Positions 60,379-64,000 of a stretch of 64,000 nt of DNA are shown piece after piece. The notes under the pieces are model-generated. The model saw only the letters and a list, made by a program, of their open reading frames with translations, made no database searches and was not told the DNA's origin. Every line of letters starts with the position of its first letter. Positions within the stretch are counted from its first letter, which is position 1. Made by a program: the position numbers and the translations under genes. Source of the DNA: Promethearchaeota archaeon (GTDB taxonomy: Archaea > Asgardarchaeota > Lokiarchaeia > Sigyniarchaeales > SOKP01); NCBI GenBank assembly GCA_030599585.1, contig JAUVNS010000004.1:32001-96000 (forward strand). Reading direction: 5' to 3'.

Positions 60379-60828
60379 ATGCTTTTTGTAGATATATTTG
60401 CTACAGATCCATCCATGGTTGGGATTGCGTGGTTCGATTTTTATTCAATCGGACACCTCTGCTTTGGAATTGGTGTGTTCCTTTTTTTTAGCTTGTTTTA
60501 TACTATCCCTAAACACAAGGGTAAAACACCCATATTTTCTCTACTCTTTGTTTTCATCTTAACTTTGGGGATTTTAATCCTATGGGAAGTTTTAGAACAT
60601 TTCTTATTTATGGATCTCGGTTGGAAGTTCGAAGGTCGCGCCGATAGTTGGCAAAATATTACAACCGATCTAATAATAGGGACTTTTGGTGGTATAGTAT
60701 CGTGGATCTTTTGCCATGAAGTCTTTGTAAAGGACAAAAATATTTGGTCTTACTACATTTTCGGTATTTTAGGATTTACAGTGTGGCTTGTCGTGTTTAT
60801 GATACTACGCGCTCTTATAATAACATAA
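60379..60828 (+). CDS. Small membrane protein
   Basis: FDFYSIGH...WEVLE...DSWQNITTD, four TM helices. Confidence 0.75.
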   Translation: MLFVDIFATDPSMVGIAWFDFYSIGHLCFGIGVFLFFSLFYTIPKHKGKTPIFSLLFVFILTLGILILWEVLEHFLFMDLGWKFEGRADSWQNITTDLIIGTFGGIVSWIFCHEVFVKDKNIWSYYIFGILGFTVWLVVFMILRALIIT

Positions 60829-60877
60829 TAAACCTAAACCTATTTTTTTATATTTTATTTCTTTTTTTATTATAATA

Positions 60878-61660
60878 ATGGTATTCGAAAAAGATAAAAC
60901 ATTAAATCATGATATTTATATCGAATATTGTCAAGGCTCTATCCCTCTCATCATTTCAGTACCTCACGGTGGTTCTCTCATGATTGAAGAAATTCCTGAC
61001 AGAGTTGAAGGGATTCACGGAGTGGATAGAAATACGGTGAACATAGCTTGTTCTTTAAGAAAAAAAATTAGTAAACTTTTCAGTCTAAATCAAGAGAATA
61101 CGAAGGTTCCATCTTACATTATTTCTAAAGTACATAGAATTAAAATTGATTTTAATAGGAAAGAATCCAAAGCGTTTAATAAAGGATCAACTACGGCTAA
61201 AATATTATATCATTCCTACCATAAAACATTATTAAACTTAATCTCCTACAATTTAGACAAGTTTAACAGGTCATTATTAGTAGATATTCATGGGTTTGAA
61301 AAAAAAAAGAGACCTATTGGATTAAGAGATGTAGAACTAGTTTTAGGGACAAGCAATTTTAAATCAATGTTTTCGCCTGTTTTACCAAAAAAAGACTGGG
61401 GTAATAATCTTCGTGGGAATATTATAAAGAAGTTTAATGAATTAAACATCGCAATCGCACCTGGCCATCCCAGAAGGAGAGAATATGTTTTAACGGGAGG
61501 ATATACCATTACCAATTATGGAGCAAGGCAAATAAAAAATAGTCAAACAATTCAGATAGAGTTTTCAGATAAAATTCGCCTTGAAGACGATATTTTGAAA
61601 GAAACGGTATTAGATGTTTTGGCTCAACTACTCTACAATGAATGTACCATTGCAAAATAA
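60878..61660 (+). CDS. N-formylglutamate amidohydrolase-like protein
   Basis: PLIISVPHGG, HRIKIDFNR, LVDIHG, GGYTI..YG, IQIEF. Confidence 0.8.
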   Translation: MVFEKDKTLNHDIYIEYCQGSIPLIISVPHGGSLMIEEIPDRVEGIHGVDRNTVNIACSLRKKISKLFSLNQENTKVPSYIISKVHRIKIDFNRKESKAFNKGSTTAKILYHSYHKTLLNLISYNLDKFNRSLLVDIHGFEKKKRPIGLRDVELVLGTSNFKSMFSPVLPKKDWGNNLRGNIIKKFNELNIAIAPGHPRRREYVLTGGYTITNYGARQIKNSQTIQIEFSDKIRLEDDILKETVLDVLAQLLYNECTIAK

Positions 61661-61803
61661 GCGATATTAATAAAAAAAAATCCCAATCAATTCCTTGAAA
61701 TAATTATTTTTTCCAAACTAAAAACAGTATTTTGATGAATTATAAATAATAAAACTCTTTCTAGGTTATATAAAAATTAACTCCATCATTTTGGCTTATT
61801 TTT

Positions 61804-62139
61804 ATGAGTGATGATAAGATTGACATTAGCGATTTAGAATCGTTTATCAACGGTTTAAAAACGTCTCTAGATATGCTTGATGGAGCGGATCCATCTCAAT
61901 CAAAAGGTTTTCAAGCTTCCTTAGCTAAAACGATCTCTGCTTTAAGGATAAAAAGAACTGAAAAATTTGAACCATTACCTAAAATTTTGGGTAATGTAAC
62001 TAAAGAAGATATAAAGAATTACTTGTTAAAGGAATTAGAACAACTAACAGACTATTTAGATAATCAAAAATATCCTAAGGGTAAATTTGCTTTAGTGAAA
62101 AAAATCGTTCACTTAAGAGCTGAAATAAATCGAATGTAA
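61804..62139 (+). CDS. Hypothetical protein
   Basis: 111-aa helical ORF. Confidence 0.65.
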   Translation: MSDDKIDISDLESFINGLKTSLDMLDGADPSQSKGFQASLAKTISALRIKRTEKFEPLPKILGNVTKEDIKNYLLKELEQLTDYLDNQKYPKGKFALVKKIVHLRAEINRM

Positions 62140-62174
62140 AATTTCTTCATTTTTCATTGTAATTTACAATAGAG

Positions 62175-62939
62175 GTGATTTATATTTTAATAGATGTTCA
62201 TTGTCATGCTAATCTTTTCTTAACAATAGATAAAGTTATTGAAGACGCTAAAAAAGTTGGTGTTGAGAAAATTATTGCTGTAGCAATGAGTTCCATAAGC
62301 CAAGAGAGAGTTTTAGGATTAGCCAGTCAATATAATGAGGTTTTTGCCTCATTAGGAATCCATCCTGAAGAAGTCAAAATGAACGAGAAAATAGAACAAC
62401 AATTAGATTCAATAATTGACTTAATTAAACAAAATAAACAAAATATATGTGCGATTGGTGAGATTGGTCTAGATCATCACTTCGTTAAAGATAAAGAGCT
62501 ATATCCTCTTCAAGAGACTATTTTTAACAAAATGCTATTGCTTGCTCAAGATTTGGAACTCCCAGTTAATCTCCACACAAAAGGTGCTGAAAAGATAGTT
62601 TTTGATACCTTACTCTCTTATAAAATCCCCAATGTCAATATTCATTGGTATTCAGGACCCGAGAATTTTTTAAAACTTGGCATGGATAGAGGATATTATT
62701 TCTCAATTACACCAGCAATTAGTTATTCACCAGTCGTGAAGAAAGTCGTTTTAAATGTTGATAAAGAACATCTTCTTTTGGAAAGCGATGGTCCAGTAAA
62801 ATATTCCGGAAAAATTGGTGTTCCGGCAATGGTTAAAAATGTATTAAATTCTATTTCAATGCTAAAAGAAATTAATGCAGTTGAATTAGAAAAACAAATT
62901 GAAGAAAATACGAGAAAGATTTTTCCTAAAATTTTCTAA
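62175..62939 (+). CDS. tatD: TatD-family nuclease/hydrolase (true start possibly ATT 62184)
   Basis: DVHCH, GIHP, AIGEIGLD, HWYSG, LESDGP. Confidence 0.93.
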   Translation: MIYILIDVHCHANLFLTIDKVIEDAKKVGVEKIIAVAMSSISQERVLGLASQYNEVFASLGIHPEEVKMNEKIEQQLDSIIDLIKQNKQNICAIGEIGLDHHFVKDKELYPLQETIFNKMLLLAQDLELPVNLHTKGAEKIVFDTLLSYKIPNVNIHWYSGPENFLKLGMDRGYYFSITPAISYSPVVKKVVLNVDKEHLLLESDGPVKYSGKIGVPAMVKNVLNSISMLKEINAVELEKQIEENTRKIFPKIF

Positions 62940-63049
62940 ATTTAACACTTATATTTGCGTTGTTATTGATTTAAATAACGATTAATTAGACTTTTATAAC
63001 AAAGAATCATTATTCAGATCAATATATAATAAAAAAAGAAGTGAAATGG

Positions 63050-64000
63050 ATGAGTAAAAAAGGTGCAAGAATAAAAATCGATGAATATAAAGGACCTTTT
63101 GGTTCAATTAAAGGCTTTGAATTAACTACTGGGAATATTAGCTTAGGAGACGAAACAGAATGGGAACCAATGGGACCAACCCCAAAACCTCATATTCCCA
63201 CGTTGCGAGACTGGTTCTTTAAACTCATGGATAGATATCCTCCATACTACATGCCTATTTGCGACATGTGTTGTCTTTGTACGTATGGGAAGTGTAATCT
63301 TTCGAAGGGTAGAACGGGTGCTTGCGGAATTAACATGGAAACGCAACAAGCAAGGATAGTAGAAATTGCTTGTTGTATAGGTGCTTCATGTCATTCTGCA
63401 CACGGAGATCACTTACTTCACTGGCTTAAAGAGAAATACGGTAATATTCCAATAAATTTTGGTAATAATATTGCTGTAGAAATGCCACATACCCGACTTG
63501 TTGTAGGAATGAAGCCAGAAACCCTTGAAGATTTAGAAACGGCAATGGAATGGGTTCAATATACAATCACTCATTTACTAGCCTCAGGGCACACAGGACA
63601 AGAATCGTCTTATCTAGATTACGAGGCAAAAAGTTTCCTAGCAGGATTAGCAGATTCAGTAGGGATGGAGATATCAGACGCCGTTCAAATTGCTGCGTAT
63701 GGATTTCCTGCGGGAGAAGCAGACGTACCTATAGTTGAATTAGGTATGGGGACCATGGACACCGAAAATAAAGCAACGATATTAATGATAGGACATAATG
63801 TTGCGCCTGGAATAGAATTAGTAGATTACATCAGAGAAAAAGGAATTGAAGAAAAACTTGATATTGGAGCGATTTGTTGTACTGCTCACGATTTAACCAG
63901 GTATTATGCTGGAGCCAAAGTCATTGGATCAATGTCTAGACAAATGCACTTTATCCGCTCTGGTTTGGCAGATGTAATCATGGTCGATGAACAGTGTGTC
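63050..64000 (+). CDS. cdhA: CO dehydrogenase/acetyl-CoA synthase (ACDS) alpha subunit, 3' truncated by window
   Basis: WEPMGPTPKP..PTLRDW...CDMCCLCTYGKC...GACGI, IGHNV, CCTAHD, DEQC. Confidence 0.95.
   Translation, partial: MSKKGARIKIDEYKGPFGSIKGFELTTGNISLGDETEWEPMGPTPKPHIPTLRDWFFKLMDRYPPYYMPICDMCCLCTYGKCNLSKGRTGACGINMETQQARIVEIACCIGASCHSAHGDHLLHWLKEKYGNIPINFGNNIAVEMPHTRLVVGMKPETLEDLETAMEWVQYTITHLLASGHTGQESSYLDYEAKSFLAGLADSVGMEISDAVQIAAYGFPAGEADVPIVELGMGTMDTENKATILMIGHNVAPGIELVDYIREKGIEEKLDIGAICCTAHDLTRYYAGAKVIGSMSRQMHFIRSGLADVIMVDEQCV

Noticed and set aside
1-64000. Selenoproteins/SECIS, transposases, integrases or proviruses
   Set aside because: By eye, no in-frame TGA at a conserved Cys position and no mobile-element hallmark genes; a dedicated search could still find weak cases

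Overview
AT-rich (roughly 30% GC by eye) archaeal chromosome segment, most likely Asgard (Lokiarchaeia-like). This is inferred from the roadblock and longin proteins, SCP2 expansion, archaeal translation and RNA-modification genes and cdhA. It carries core housekeeping genes (rps26e, rps19e, rpl39e, rpl31e, rpl18a, aIF6, pfdA, ftsY, secE, dnaG, tfb, gar1, rnp4, nep1, trmY, arcS/raSEA, ahcY), a Co/Ni ECF transporter, four tRNAs and many metabolic or unknown genes. I found no transposase, integrase or CRISPR array. Three things stand out beyond the ORF track. (1) An unannotated ~275-nt three-hairpin H/ACA-type guide RNA at 13799-14073, whose first pocket matches the 23S rRNA peptidyl-transferase region. 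(2) Repeated apparent use of ATT/ATA/ATC start codons, which hides whole genes (rps26e, rps19e, gar1, a BRCT protein) and truncates others. (3) A tRNA-Phe with a 30-nt BHB intron in the D-loop. Weaker leads include a four-gene SCP2 cluster, a PIN-TPR gene bracketed by short duplications, an EutA fusion and an amber-interrupted ORF.
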